DNA from: Eledone cirrhosa
Lineage: Eukaryota
Assembly (NCBI GenBank): GCA_964016885.1
Contig: OZ024741.1
Coordinates: forward strand, 322,586,001 to 322,650,000
Length of the DNA: 64,000 nt
Direction: 5' to 3'
Within the stretch, counting starts at the first letter, position 1, and every line of letters begins with the position of its first letter. The translations under genes were made by a program, and so were the position numbers. Under the pieces are notes generated by a model, which had not been told where the DNA came from, did no database searches, and was given only the letters and a program-made list of their open reading frames with translations. Below are positions 13,101-27,187 of this stretch, piece after piece.

Positions 13101-13489
13101 CCAGGAAATTCTCTAGGCGTCGGAAGAAGTCCGGTCGCGGTGTCCCAGATGGGGCATACGCTGCCACCAGCCTGAAAGCTCCACCTTCACCACTGCGGAC
13201 GTCTAAAACCACCAGTCGACCCTCCAGGTCCAGGTATACCTTCTGTGTGGCAAGACCCAGGTATTTTCGCAGCAGAATGACAACCCCACCCCCACCCCTC
13301 GGCTGACAGAGATGCATAGATCTCAAAGTCGTCGAAGATGGGGGCCAGTTGGCGCTCGCTGCTCATCCTGGATTCGCAAATAACCATTACATCCACTCTG
13401 TGCGACCTGAGGTCATTTAAGAGTTTGCGCTGTTTCCAGGACATCCCCAGGCCGCGTGCATTCACACATCCAACTCTTATATTGGCCAT
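10176..13489 (-). pseudogene. Tx1 ORF2: APE endonuclease + RT + C-terminal Cys domain
   Basis: CVNARGL, ICESR, AYAP, VGDWN, SYLDRF, SDH, NFRPITLLN, DQSKAFDRV, IRQGCPLS, AYADD; several frameshifts, TAG at ~10983 and an in-frame deletion near 11160 relative to the copy at 8540-8670. Confidence 0.9.
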
Positions 13490-13546
13490 GTTGGTGCTGA
13501 AGAGTTAAAAAGGAAGAGGAAAGGAAATTACTTACCTCTTCGTCTC

Positions 13547-15372
13547 CTAGGGACCAGGCTGCACAATTTCCATGGGGGTGTTAGAAGGGTTGTTTGGTGG
13601 GGTGGTGGTTTGTGGTGGGGTGACGACATCAGTGTGTGGTGGGATTAGGGTGTTTGGTGGGGTGTGGGTGTCTGGTGTGGGGGTGGGGAAGCATCTCAAT
13701 AGGACGTGGTTAAGTGGTTTGGTGCAGTTGGTCCGCACATGCATTGGATGGTTCTTTTTCAAAGTTACATAGGTTTCCGTTGGGACCCTAATCATCATTA
13801 GGTGCGGTTTGTTCGCTGCGTAGGTGAAAGTGATCCCTTCGGTTTCCACCGAAGGGTTATTTTCTATTGCTTTCATCAACGTTTTATTGTTCTTGTTAAT
13901 GTATGTATAGAGTTTTTGTTGTGTTGTGTTTGTTTTTGTTTGTTGTTCTTGTGCGTGTTTGCGTTTTGTAGTATGTGTTACGTTTTGGGGAGGGGTGGGC
14001 TTTTTTGTTTGTGATGTGTGTTCTGTTTGTGCTGGTGGTTGTGTGTTTGTAGCATTTTTGTTAATTTGGTGCCTTTTTTTTTTTTCCTTTTCACCTGTTG
14101 AAAGGGTTCTACCCCATCTTCACTGAGTGACGTTGATACGGAGTCCTCTTCCGTGTTGTTGGGGAGGGGTATATTTTGGGGTTTTGTTGTGGTTACTTTT
14201 GTATTTGTTTTAGGTAGGGAGGGGTTGGGTGGAACAGTGTTTTGTGTTGTTATTTTTCCTTGTTGTTGTGGTTGTTGTTGTTGTTGTTGTTGTTGTTGTG
14301 GTGGTGGTGGTGGTGGTGGTGGTGGTAGTGGTGGTGGTGGTGGTGGTGGTTGTGTTGTTGTGTTCGGGGTTGGCAGAAGAGCCTTTTTTTTTACTCGTTA
14401 ATTGAGGACAGGCAGCCCTCAGGTGACCCCTGCTTAAGCAGTGGTAACATGACGGCCACCTTCCCTCCACTGAAATGTTAAAATAAGTTAGCCCGTCCAG
14501 AGGCACGCGTTGTGGGATATTCGCTATTTGTTCTGGGCTCATTTGCACCAGAACTTCTACGCTGGTCCCACCAAATACACCCCCGGAGGACTTTCCTATT
14601 GAAATTATCTTGTCTTCATCAAAGTCAATGATTCCACATAGTATCCACCAAATATTTAATTTGGTGTGATACTCATTATTTTTATTCTTTGTATGTGGGG
14701 AAAAATGTGAAGCGGGGGGACACAATGGGTGATACCGAGTACTTTTGTGCTGTTGACTGGTTGTTCATTAGCACCAAAATGCTACCAAACAGTTTACCTT
14801 TTTGTATGAAGGTTATGTCCTTCATTGCATCTTTTAGAACCAGCCCAATTTCATTTTGTGATAATTGAGCTGGTTTTCTTGTTTCGTTCGATATTGTCCT
14901 GAAAACCACAGTTTTCAGGACAGCCTCTCTACGTAATTCCTGTGGAGAATTGATGCTAAAAGCACCGTTTTCGCTAAAAGTCACGAATTGTTTTGCGTCT
15001 TGTAGTAGTTGTTTAGCATTTGTTATGTCTATTGGCGTGTATAGTTCGTTTTTTTTTTACAGTCTGTGCGAACGTTGTTTTGGTGTTGTTGTCTTTTTTG
15101 TTGCTGTTGTTGTTGTCACTGTTGGTAATATTGTTCATGTTTTCCTTGGTGTTGCTATTGTTGCAGTTGTTGGTTGTGGTGTTATTGTCATTGTTCTTGT
15201 TGTTGGTGCTGGTATTATTTACCGGGTTTGGTTTCGTGGTTTCAATATTTTCAACGTTTTTCGATAATGCGAGGGGGGAAGGCTGCAAGCTTTGTACTCC
15301 TACCTCCCCTCCACCACTTTTCTTAGTGAACGTGGCACTCACGACAGTGTGCGAGGTGGAAATGGCATCCAT
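13547..15372 (-). pseudogene. Tx1 ORF1, gag-like with zinc knuckle
   Basis: CYHCLSRGHLRAAC (CX2CX4HX4C) in ORF 14210-14725; low-complexity N/T-rich linkers; broken into several frames. Confidence 0.8.
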
Positions 15373-15719
15373 TGCTGACTACCAAGTCTACACAGTTTTG
15401 AGATGAAAATGAAAATTTCGCCCCAGAAAGGGGCGAAAATTAGTTGACTCAACGTCTGAAGGCCCAGGCAAGGGGTTAAACTAAACAATGCTATTAAATT
15501 GAGCAATGAACTCACAGTTTATTTTACAATAATCCGTAAAAGTCCGGAGCGAAGTAATTCACGTCTATATCAAGTGGTAATTGATATAGAGAGGGGGAGA
15601 GTTTGGTGGTAATAGATATAGAGATGGGGATTGAGAGAGATAGGTGTAGATAGATAGAGGGGGAGAGATTGGTATTAATGGATAGAGTGGGGGTTGGGAG
15701 AGAATGTTGTCTATTGTAG

Positions 15720-16225
15720 ACTAGCTGACGTACCCAGCTTAGCCCGGGAAAACATGATAAGATAAGACAGGTAGAAGAGGAGAAAATGACTGTATTAGAT
15801 GTTTGTCTGGTTTACAGTATGAGGCGAGACCGTGGGGTGTGTGACATAAAACAGTAACAAATTTTCCAGATACACACGATTCTTCGTTTTACCGTTCATG
15901 CACAATATAGGAAGATTTCTAGGTGTTTCCACTCGTGAACAAACTACTTATAACTGTCCGTGGGTAAAACACGATTCTCTTGAATTCAATTCTATACCTT
16001 TGAAACTGTGAGCCTGAGATTTATGTACGGTCATAGCAAAACAGGGAACTGAAGTCTTGAGAACTTGAATGACAGCTCAGCAGAGGAAAGCATAAGAAGA
16101 ATCTTGGGAATTCTGCCAACTTCTAGCTGATGGTTCATCATTCTCCTGGCTATAACGTGTGTGCCATTGCATAGACGCGGTTGGTTCAGGTTTCTCAAAC
16201 GGATGATGGAAGTTCCAATCTTTTA
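15720..16225 (-). mobile_element. Helitron 3' end with Pif1-helicase C-terminal remnant
   Basis: Minus strand gives RLRNLNQPRLCNGTR, FKFSRLQFPV, FAMTVHKSQ, CFTHGQL, SRV; ends CCCGGGCTAAGCTGGGTACGTCAGCTAG (hairpin + CTAG). Confidence 0.85.
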
Positions 16226-17647
16226 AATTATATGTAGATATAGATATAGATAATTATATATAATGGTGTGTGTATCTGCGTGTGTGTATCTGTGTGTGTG
16301 CGTTCGAATCGGAGACGCTGGCCGCGAAACTCGATCATTACTAACAACGAATGCACAGAGAGAATCCCTTATGGTTGATTCCCACAGTGCTAGAAATAGC
16401 AGTCAGCTTGATTAGCATACCCGAGATGTTTTCCTTATTTGATGTTATAAAATTAGTATCAATAAACCTTTCTGGATTCACCAAACTCTCCCCCCTCTCT
16501 ATTTATCTACATCTATCTCTCCCAATCCCCCTCTCTATATCTATTACAATCAAACTCTCTTTCTCTACCACATCACTTCTCTCATTATAACCCTCTCTAC
16601 ATCTAACACCCCTAAACTATCCCCTTCTGTATATCCACCATAAGCGCATTTTCACCCCTCCTATTTCTACTACCATCAAACTCTCCTCCTCTCTATATCT
16701 ACTACACGGCACTCTCTTATTATCCTCCTCTCTATATCCCTAACCACTAAACTCTCCCCTTCTATATCTACCGTACAACACTCTCTCATTATACCCCTCT
16801 CTATACCTATTACGACACAATCTCTCCCAGCACCCATCTCTATATCTACTATCAGCATCATCTCCCCCTCACTATATCTACCATACAACACCCTCTCCCA
16901 ACACTCCTCCCTATATCTACTACTACCAAATTCTTCCTCTCTCTATTTACCACATGGCACTCTTTCATTATCTCACTTTCTATATCCATAACCACTAAAC
17001 TCTTCCCCCTATCTATATCTAACGTACAATACTCTCTCCCAACACCCCTCTCTATATCTATAGCCAATAATCTCTCCCCCTCTCTATATCTACTATACAA
17101 TATTCTCTTTCAACAATTCTCTGAATATCTACTACCAGCAACCTCTCCCCTCTCTTTATCTATCTACACCTATCTCTCCCGACACCCCTTTTTATATCTA
17201 CTATCACCAAATTCTTTCCCTAACTACATCTACTACACGACACTCTCTTCTATTCATTACCCCCAAACTCTCCCACACGACACTCTCTCATTATCCCCCT
17301 TTCTATATCTAACACTAATAATCTCTCCCCCCTCTATATCCATTGCCATTAAACTGTCCCCCTCTCTATATCTACCACACGGCACTCTCATTATCTCGCT
17401 CTCTATATCCATAACCACCAAACTTTCCCCTCTCTATATTTAGCGTACAACACTCTCTCCAACACCTCTCTCTATATCTACTATCACTAAACTCTCTCCC
17501 TCTCTATATCAACCACACGGCACTCTTATTATTTCACTCTCTATATCTACTACCACCAAACTCTCCTCCTCTCTATATCTACCAGACGGCACTCTCTCAT
17601 TATCCCCCTCTATATCTAACATCAATAATCTCTTCCCCTCTCTATAT

Positions 17648-17925
17648 GTAGTTTGTTCACGAGTAGAAACACCTAGAAATCTTCATATACTATGCACGAA
17701 CGGTAAAACGAAGAATGTGGTGTATCTGGAAGATTTTTCTACTGTTTTGTTTTTCTTTGTCTCACACAAACATCACCGTCTCACCTCATCCTATAAACCA
17801 GACAAACATCCAATACAGTCAGTTTCTCTTCTATCTGCCTTCTCCTATCATTACTTGTCTTTTCTTATCATTACCTGTCTTCTCTTATCATCTGTCTACC
17901 CGGGCGAAGCTGGGTACGTCAGCTG
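17648..17925 (+). mobile_element. Helitron 3' end, second copy
   Basis: Reverse complement of 15720-15950; ends CCCGGGCGAAGCTGGGTACGTCAGCT. Confidence 0.8.
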
Positions 17926-18162
17926 TCTATATCTATAACCACTAAACACTCCTCTCTATATCTACTACCACTAAACTCTCCCCTTCCTATAGCTATCACA
18001 CGGCACTCTCTCATTATTTCACTCTCTATATCCATAACCACTAAACTCTCCCTCTCTCTATATCTACCATACACCTATCTCTCCCAACACCCCTCTCTAT
18101 ATCTACTACCACTAAACTCTACCCCACTCTATATCTACCACACGGCACTCTCATTATCTCAC

Positions 18163-18268
18163 CAAATCCCGCCAAGGTTAACTTTGCCTTTCATCCTTAC
18201 GGGGTCGATAAAGTAAAGTACCAGTAATGTACTGGATAATTGCTGGCCTTGTGCCTAAAGTAGAAACA
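18163..18268 (+). mobile_element. 5'-truncated SINE with TSD ATTATCTCAC
   Basis: Family consensus 3' half inside the minisatellite. Confidence 0.85.
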
Positions 18269-19039
18269 ATTATCTCACTTTCTCTATATACATAACCACT
18301 AAAGTCCCCCCTCTATATATCTAACACCAATAATCTCTTCCCCTCTCTATATCTATTGCGATACTATCTCTCTATATCCATAACCACTAAACTCCCCCCT
18401 CTCTATATCTACCATACATGTACCCCCCCCCCCAACACCACTCACTATATCTACCATATACCTGTCTCTTCCAACACCCCTCTCTATATCTACAACCACC
18501 AATTTCCCCCCTCTCTACATCTATCATACGACAATCTCTCCCAACACCCCACTCTATATCTACTACCACCAAACTCTCTCCCTTTCTATATCTATCACAC
18601 GGCACTCTCTATATTTCACTCTCTATATCCATAGTTACTAAACTCTCCCACTCTCTATATCTACCGTACAATACTCTTTCCCAACATCCCTCTTTATATT
18701 GTTATATTTAGCGAGGGTCATATTGTTATAATATTACCAGAAATAATAATAAAACACACTCACTGTTTGGTTTGGATTGGTTTTCGTTTCTTTATATTTT
18801 ATATCCCTATAGTTAATTTAGCTGGCAATCAATGATTATCAGAGATTGACCAACGGTAAAAATATAGATATAAATACCTTCAAACTCTCTCTCTATATTT
18901 ATAACACGGCACTCTCTTCTAATCCACCATACTCTATTCACCACCACTAAACTCTCCCCCTCTTTATATCAACCACACGGCAGTCTCTCATTATCTCTCT
19001 CTCTATATCTAACACCAATAATCTCCCTTCGCTCTCTAT

Positions 19040-19271
19040 ATGTAAGTTGTTCACGAGTGGAAACACCTAGAAATCTTCATACACTATGCATGGTCGGTAA
19101 AACGAAGAATCTGGTGTAAGATTAAAAAAAAGAAAAACATTTTTTTTATCACACACAAACACCCCGGTCTCGCCTTATACTGTGAACCATCACCCAATAC
19201 AGTCACTTTCTCTTCTACCTGTCTTCTCTTATTATCAGTTTACTTGAGCGAAGCCGGGTACGTCAGTTAGT
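19040..19271 (+). mobile_element. Helitron 3' end, third copy
   Basis: GTTCACGAGTGGAAACACCTAGAAATCTTC...GCGAAGCCGGGTACGTCAGTTAG. Confidence 0.8.
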
Positions 19272-19348
19272 ATATATATATAGGAAGGAAAACACCCAAC
19301 CACGGCGCCTAGCGGTTTCGGCCTGTATTCAAAAAAGCCTTTCAAAGG

Positions 19349-19441
<93 letters not shown>

Positions 19442-19853
19442 GTGTATATGTATGCGCGCGTGTGTGTGTGTGTGTCCGAGCCTATGTTTACGTTTGTGTT
19501 TGTGTCTGTTTATATTCCATAAGCTAGCGGTTCGACAAGAAGTGAATCTATAAAATAAGTAATGGGGTCGATATGATTGACAAAATAACGGCGCTGACTA
19601 ATGACACAGACCAGTAAAAAAAAATCAACGTATAGAATATTAAAGAAGGTTAGAGACTTCAAACTCCACAACCATTGTATAGCATTAAATACTATCTTTA
19701 AAATATGTATATGTGTTATCCGTTATCTCTAAATATTTTTCCCTTACACGCCATCTAACGGACCACCTGTTTTTATTCATTCGTATTTGGGCAGCGTTTG
19801 GTGCATTTAAACCTAGTGAAGCCTATTTCTATTCCTGTTTAAATATGAGAAAA

Positions 19854-19892
<39 letters not shown>

Positions 19893-19944
19893 CTAAGAAA
19901 GAAAGAGGAAAAATTGATCCAAGTGTTGGAGTGATAATTTATTT

Positions 19945-20068
19945 ACGAGCGTCGAAAGGATGAAAGGCAAAGTTGGCTTCGGTTGGATTTGAGTTTAGAA
20001 AGCAGAAATCGTGAACGAATACTGCAAAGCATTCTATCTGCCGTTGTAACGATTTTGCCAATTCTCCG
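19945..20068 (-). mobile_element. SINE, diverged
   Basis: GAAAGGATGAAAGGCAAAGTT..GGATTTGAG. Confidence 0.65.
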
Positions 20069-20409
20069 AATATATACCGATGACTTACGTCTAATACTAC
20101 CTTCAACCTACCTACACAACTACTACATCCCATACTAACCCAGTAACAACAATGCGAATCTAAATTGCGCTATGAAATTATCCTTACATTCACCAGAAAA
20201 AAATCCATGTATATTTAGTCAAAGACTCCCAAGTTATGTCACAGTCTGATGGCTCGAGTGATGAGACCGACAGTCGCTGAGATATATTGAACTTTCCAGT
20301 TCCCAAATTATATGTTACTCTAATCACACAAGTAATATTTCCTATTTTTAGCGCTGTGCGTATAGAGTATACATACCATAATCATTTACATAATTACACA
20401 AACACACAT

Positions 20410-20795
<386 letters not shown>

Positions 20796-20989
20796 GATAA
20801 ATCTACCAAAAGTTTACGGTAGTGTCCAATCCGTATGAAGAACTCAATGTAATCCGGATATCATGGAAAGAAGAGATGCATTCAAAAATCACTTTCGGTG
20901 AAAGATAAACGGAATACAGAGTCAAGATAAAATATTAAAAAAATAATGAATAAAACAATGAAACAGTTCCTTATATTAAACAAAAAAAG

Positions 20990-21142
20990 TTCATTATTTA
21001 ACGATCGTTTCTAGGACATATATGTGTTAGAATTGGCATGCATATTCAAAAGATCTATGTACAAAATTATACAAAATTATACACACTATCAAATATAATA
21101 TACATACCAACACATACATATGCCGTCTTCAGAAATAATGAA
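20990..21142 (-). ncRNA. Hammerhead ribozyme with expanded stem II (PLE A pseudo-LTR)
   Basis: Reverse complement of the motif at 27794-27946. Confidence 0.72.
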
Positions 21143-21744
21143 GTATATTTATTGATAATAACAACAATTCAAAATTACAGGTCTGTTTGGGAACAGATTT
21201 TAAATAGACCAATGAAATACATAAAAATATATCAAGAAAATACAGTTAGGTGTGTGTATGTAACTTCGTTCACAGATATGCATAAAAATGTATGTTCACA
21301 TGCATACGCATGTCGAAAAAATGTATGTAAATACAAAAATTCAGGGCTAATGTCTCTGTATGTTTATAATCCACAGACAAAATACACATACATATACATA
21401 CATATATACACTCATATATACACACATATACATACATTCATACACACACACACGCATATACACATAAACATACACATACCCACAAACACACACACACACA
21501 TATACACACACACACGCATACGTATATATTATTATTATAACTATATGGATATTGAGGCGCACACATAAACACGGCCACATACACTTACATCTAGATGCAG
21601 AACTAAAAATAGGTAAGGGAGTAAGTAATTACAGAGGGTGTCAGACACAGCTTATTTATAAAAATGTATCTATAAATTTAGAAATAAAAAGAAATATATT
21701 AAAAGAAATAAACAAGTAAAACATATACTCATACATAAAATACA

Positions 21745-21822
<78 letters not shown>

Positions 21823-21826
<4 letters not shown>

Positions 21827-23414
21827 GGAGGTGAGTTTTATTGTAGTACAATAAAGCAATGCAGATATCGGATAAGAAGCACTCTACAGTTTGTAGGACT
21901 GGAGTATGCATAATATAAGATCAAAAGATGGTTAAAGGAATTCCATGTATTTTATTATGCGCATTTCAAAAACAAACATCATCATGCAATAATATTTGTG
22001 TTTTCATCAGATAAAACAGGAGAACATGATATGAAGGCTAAAAAACACTTGTGGATAGTGCAGTTTTAAATCAACATATGAAAAGTGGTTTTAGATTGAT
22101 GTGTGATATTGGGAAAAAAATATTTTATTTAGAGAGGGGGGGGGGTGGAAAGGATGAAAAGGGAAGGAGATGAGAGGGAGAGATGGGTGATAGAGAGAAA
22201 GAGATAGTTTTTATAACTGAGAGGAGATATATTTTTTATATAGAGAGGTTGAAAACCGTTGGAAGATACTGTATAAATTAAAAATTTTGAAAATTAACGA
22301 AGGGAGGATATGTGCGAGGAAAAAATATTTTATTTAGGGAGGGGGGGGGTTGAAGGATGAAAAAAAGGGGGAGGAGATGAGAGTGAAGGTGGAGAGGGAG
22401 AGATGGGTGATAGAGAGAAAGAGATAGTTTTTATAACTGAGAAAAAGATATATTGTTTTAACATAGAGAGGTTGGGAACCGTTGGAAGATAATGTATAAA
22501 TTAAAGGAATTTGAAAATTAACGAAGGGAAATTATGTATGAAGATAGAGAGAAAAAAATAATAATTGTGGATGAATATTCTAACGTCAAAAAAAGAAATG
22601 TATGTATTGTGGCAATTTCAAAATTAACGAAGAGAAAAATTATTAAGGTTTGTGTGTAGAAGGATTTGAGAAAAATAATGTGAAGTTAAAGTTTGTATAT
22701 TGATTGAATTGATAATATATGCGAATAAAGAGTTAATATGTATTAATAATGAGTTCGTTGATGGGGAGAAAAAAATAATAAATTAAGGATGAAATTGAGA
22801 TTAAAAAGATTTATGATAGAGAGAAAAAATAATAATGATTGCGGATGAATATTCTAACGTCAAAAAACAAACAAAAGTATATGTTATGATTTTACAAGGT
22901 GAAGATAGAATGAGGGTAATGAGTAAACAAGTATTATAGAGTGTATAATGCCCTTTAAAGTAAGGTAGATGGGTATATTTTAAAGAGGTGTATGTATATG
23001 TGCCTTTGAGAAAAGATTCTAAATTGATAAAGAATTGAATATTAACTGTATACTTTGTGAAAAGTTCTATGGAATTTATGCAGGCAGATAGAAAACAAAT
23101 CTGTGCGTCTATTTATTATAGAATCTAGGTTAGAGATAATGGTAAATTTTTCATTTAGGCAGAGATTACAGATTTTAGATAGAGAGCTGTTCAAGTATGA
23201 GGATGCAGAAGAAATCTTCTTCCAAAAGATGGTATATTTAATGTTTTTGTCTTTTAAGGACCATATGAGTTCTGAGAGAGCAGTGTTAGTTCTTTTAAGT
23301 TTGTATTTGAAAGATGAATGATGATTATAGAGACGAGCTTTAAAAGAGGTGGAAGTGGAGCCAAAATAGGTGAAGGAATTGGTGCTAGTTATAATTTTAC
23401 ATTCATAAATTAAG

Positions 23415-23418
<4 letters not shown>
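21823..23418 (-). mobile_element. Naiad-type PLE B (GIY-YIG domain + 3'UTR) nested in a (TA)n tract of PLE A
   Basis: LIYECK..YFGSTSTSFKARLYNHHSSF..TALSELIWSLK..CNLCLNEK..INRRTDLFSICLH (23042-23410); (TA)n on both sides; absent from the inverted copy of PLE A. Confidence 0.85.
21950..22016 (-). ncRNA. Type I hammerhead ribozyme (PLE B)
   Basis: TTTTAT-CTGATGA-[36-nt hairpin]-GAAA-TGCGCA-TA-ATAAAA. Confidence 0.8.
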
Positions 23419-23508
<90 letters not shown>

Positions 23509-23845
23509 CACATACACATACACACACACATATATATACACACATACTCACAACACACATATATACATATATGTACACACACATACACACATACATACAC
23601 ATACATATATATATACATATATATACACACATATATACACACATATATATACACACACACATATATACACACACACACACATACATATACGTATATATAC
23701 ATACACACACATATCCATGTATATATATACACAACCACATACTCACACACAACTCAGACATACATAAATATAGAGATATACATACACACATATATATATA
23801 TATACATATATACATACATATAAATATATATACACACATATATAT

Positions 23846-23884
<39 letters not shown>

Positions 23885-23974
23885 AAATAAATACACACAG
23901 TCAGACAATTATGCACATATATACACATACATACACACATCTCTACAAATACATATACATACATATACATACAT

Positions 23975-24024
<50 letters not shown>

Positions 24025-24299
24025 TCATACACACTTATTTACATGCGCACATATGTATTTTTATACTCACATACAAACACACAAACATACATACATATTT
24101 ACATACACATACATACATCCACGCTTACAAATACGAATAATTATAGGGGGGGGGGGATTAAAATTATTAGTGGGAACTAGTAAATATAGGTTTCAAGGAA
24201 CATAGAATATTAATCTGCATTTAGATCATAATATGTGTTTACATAGTAGTTTCAGTATTAGGAAATGTAAGAAAGAAGGCAAAATTATGCATTTTAATA

Positions 24300-25133
24300 T
24301 AAGTAGACTATCAATTATAGGTTAATTAAAGTAAAAATAGTTAATATATTAATTTCTAAGGTGTATACTACTTAGGTTTATAATATTTAAAGCGGAATTT
24401 TGAAGTTAAATAGTAGTAGAGTATTAATTATAGCATAAAAATATTAACATTATGGTATCAATTTTAGGAAATGAATTTAGTAATAGGGAAAGCCAAATCA
24501 AGTATTTCATCGGTAGTAGAATATTAATTATAGGTTAACTAAACTAAAAATTATATATTAATTTCTATAGTATATGTTAATTAGGTTTGTAATAATTAAA
24601 GCAGATTTTGTATTTTATCTATAGTAGAATATAATTATAGGTTAACCAAAATTAAAATTAATCTATATATTTATTTGTAAAGAATATATTAATTAGGTAT
24701 ATATTTAAAAGTTTTTCTCAGTTTATGATTACATGATATTCTGCAATCCATCTGTATTAGAATTTTAATTTTAAGCTAACTAAATTAAAATTATAGGTTA
24801 ACTAAATTAAAATTAATTTATAAATTAATTTCTAAATTGTACATTAATTAGGTTTATAATATTAAAAAGTATTTCTCTGTTATTGATTACACGATATTTT
24901 GTTATATTTCATCTGTAAAGGAATTTTAATAGAAGGTTAAATAAACTAAAATGAATCTATAAATTAATTTCCAAAGTATATATTAATTATGTTAATAATA
25001 TTTAAAAGTTTTTCACAATTTATGATTACACAATATTTTTTAATTTCATCTGTAGTAGAATTTTAATTAAATTAAAATTATAGGTTAACTACATTTAAAT
25101 TAAATTATATATTAATTTCTAAAATATATATTA
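24300..25133 (-). repeat. AT-rich degenerate tandem reiteration of the PLE A ORF terminus
   Basis: GTTTTTCTCAGTTTATGATTACACGATAT-like motif at ~24710, 24870, 25010 and, in coding sequence, 25160. Confidence 0.65.
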
Positions 25134-26775
25134 TTAATTAGGTTTATAATATTTAAATGTTTTTCTCAGTTTATGATTACACGATATAATTAATTCCTGT
25201 CGCTTATTTAATAGGATATCCTTAGATTTCATTATTTCAAATAGTTCTTGGGAACACAATCTACATTCATTTCTATTATTTTGATAAGGGGTGGCTCTTT
25301 TGAGCACACTCCAGGTCATATCATATTCTATATTCTTATTTCTATAACTATTAATTTTTTCTGCTAGAGATGTTGTATTAGCCAGTGCGGCATTTTTAAA
25401 ACTATGTTTGTGGGTATTAAACCTTACCTTAAAATTGTTAGAAGTAGCTCCTATATATGAGCAAATAGAATCTTTAGTTTTAACTTTACATTTATAAACT
25501 ATGTTGTTAACAAGACAATTTCCTTTTAATGGGCAGTTTGCTTTGTTTCTACAGTTACAACCTTTCGTTAATTCTGTATTTGAGGAGATATTATGGTTAG
25601 TTTGATGTATTGGTGGTATACTTATGGTTTTTTTACATTTATATGCATTATAGGCACTTATATTTTGTTTTATGTTTTTGGTTGTTGAGTATGAGAATTT
25701 AACTGTTGATCTATTTAAGATTTGATGGTATTTGTGGTTTGGTGGGAAGTTTTTCTCTAGGATATAAACATTTTTTTTAGCAATATTATCCTTAATTTGT
25801 AAATTAAATGGAGCATTATACCAAGTAACTCGTCTATTACGGTTTCTATGTTGTTTATTATTTTTATAGGTTGCATCGTGATGTTTACTAGGAGGATTAA
25901 TGTTAATGACCTCACCACGCACATTTTTAGTTAGATTTATTGATTTAGGTGTTTTATCTTGTTTATTAGGAGTTTTATTATTACCATTTATTAGAGTTGT
26001 ATGATGAGTAGTTTTTTGAGAGTTACTATACTTTATATTAGAGGAGTTAGAGAAAATTGGTTTTATGTTGGTATTTTGGGGTATAGTGTGAGTGGCATTT
26101 AGGTGTGTACTTTTCATTTGGTGTTTGTTGGTAATATTAGGTTGTATGTTTATAGTGTTATTAGTAGAAGGTATATATTCCAATCTATTTTTGTGGCCAC
26201 TTCTATCTAGAGCTTCGTTATAGAAGGTCGCATTTTTATCAAATACATCTTGGTTAGACGAAAGGTTAGAAATTCTAAGTGATATATTATATGCAAGGTT
26301 TTTAAGGATAGATTTAGGGTGATTAGATTGTGAGTGTATGTAGTGTAAGTTTTGGTTGGGTTTATGGTAAGGTTGGTAGATACCCGTAGCTAAGTCTAAA
26401 GTTATATCTAGGAAATTAACTACTTTACTTGTGTTTTCAAAAGTAATATGAAGACTATAATAGTCTTTAAGGAAAGTTCTAATAAGCTTTTTGTTTTTTT
26501 CTATTTCTGAGAGGCTAAGGTTGTTGGAAAGAAGAAGACAGTCATCACGATATAAACCACCTTTAAGGTGGGGAAGGAAGCATTTATGTTAAAAAGAAGA
26601 AAGAGGCCCACAAGATCAGTAATTTGGGCAGAATCGCTTGAACCCATAGTAATATCAAATAGATTACTATATGTGTTTCTGGTCCAGTATTCATTCTGAA
26701 ATTCAATAAGTGTTAGTCTAGCATGTGTAATAATATTAATGTCATCCAAAGTTAAGTTAGATCTATTTTTAGCAA
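25134..26775 (-). pseudogene. Naiad PLE RT (3' part) - linker - GIY-YIG endonuclease
   Basis: FDITMGSSDSAQITDLVGL, then after one frameshift (~26580) an open frame: GLYRDDCL, VNFLDITL, SNHP, RRVTWYNAPF, CNCRNKANCPLKGNC, IVYKC..YIGAT..FKVRF..H, CRLCSQE, LNKRQE..CNH. Confidence 0.9.
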
Positions 26776-27105
26776 CCTTCTATAACGAAGCTCTATATAT
26801 ATATATGTGTGTATGTATATCTCTATATTTATGTATGTCTGAGTTGTGTGTGAGTATGTGGTTGTGTATATATATACATGGATATGTGTGTGTGTATGTA
26901 TATATACGTATATGTATGTGTGTGTGTGTATATATGTGTGTGTGTATATATATGTGTGTATATATGTGTGTATATATATGTATATATATATGTATGTGTA
27001 TGTATGTGTGTATGTGTGTGTACATATATGTATATATGTGTGTTGTGAGTATGTGTGTATATATATGTGTGTGTGTATGTGTATGTGTATGTATATATAT
27101 ATGTA

Positions 27106-27187
<82 letters not shown>

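Larger units (their letters stand above)
10046..15565 (-). mobile_element. Near full-length Tx1 LINE (ORF1 + ORF2), inactivated
   Basis: 5'UTR ~15375-15565, ORF1 fragments, ORF2 fragments and truncated 3'UTR in colinear order. Confidence 0.92.
16480..19040. repeat. Degenerate ~30-bp minisatellite (ACTACCACCAAACTCTCCCCCTCTCTATATCT) associated with Helitron ends
   Basis: Dozens of CTCTCTATATCTAC units; reverse-orientation units at 15575-15715. Confidence 0.8.
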
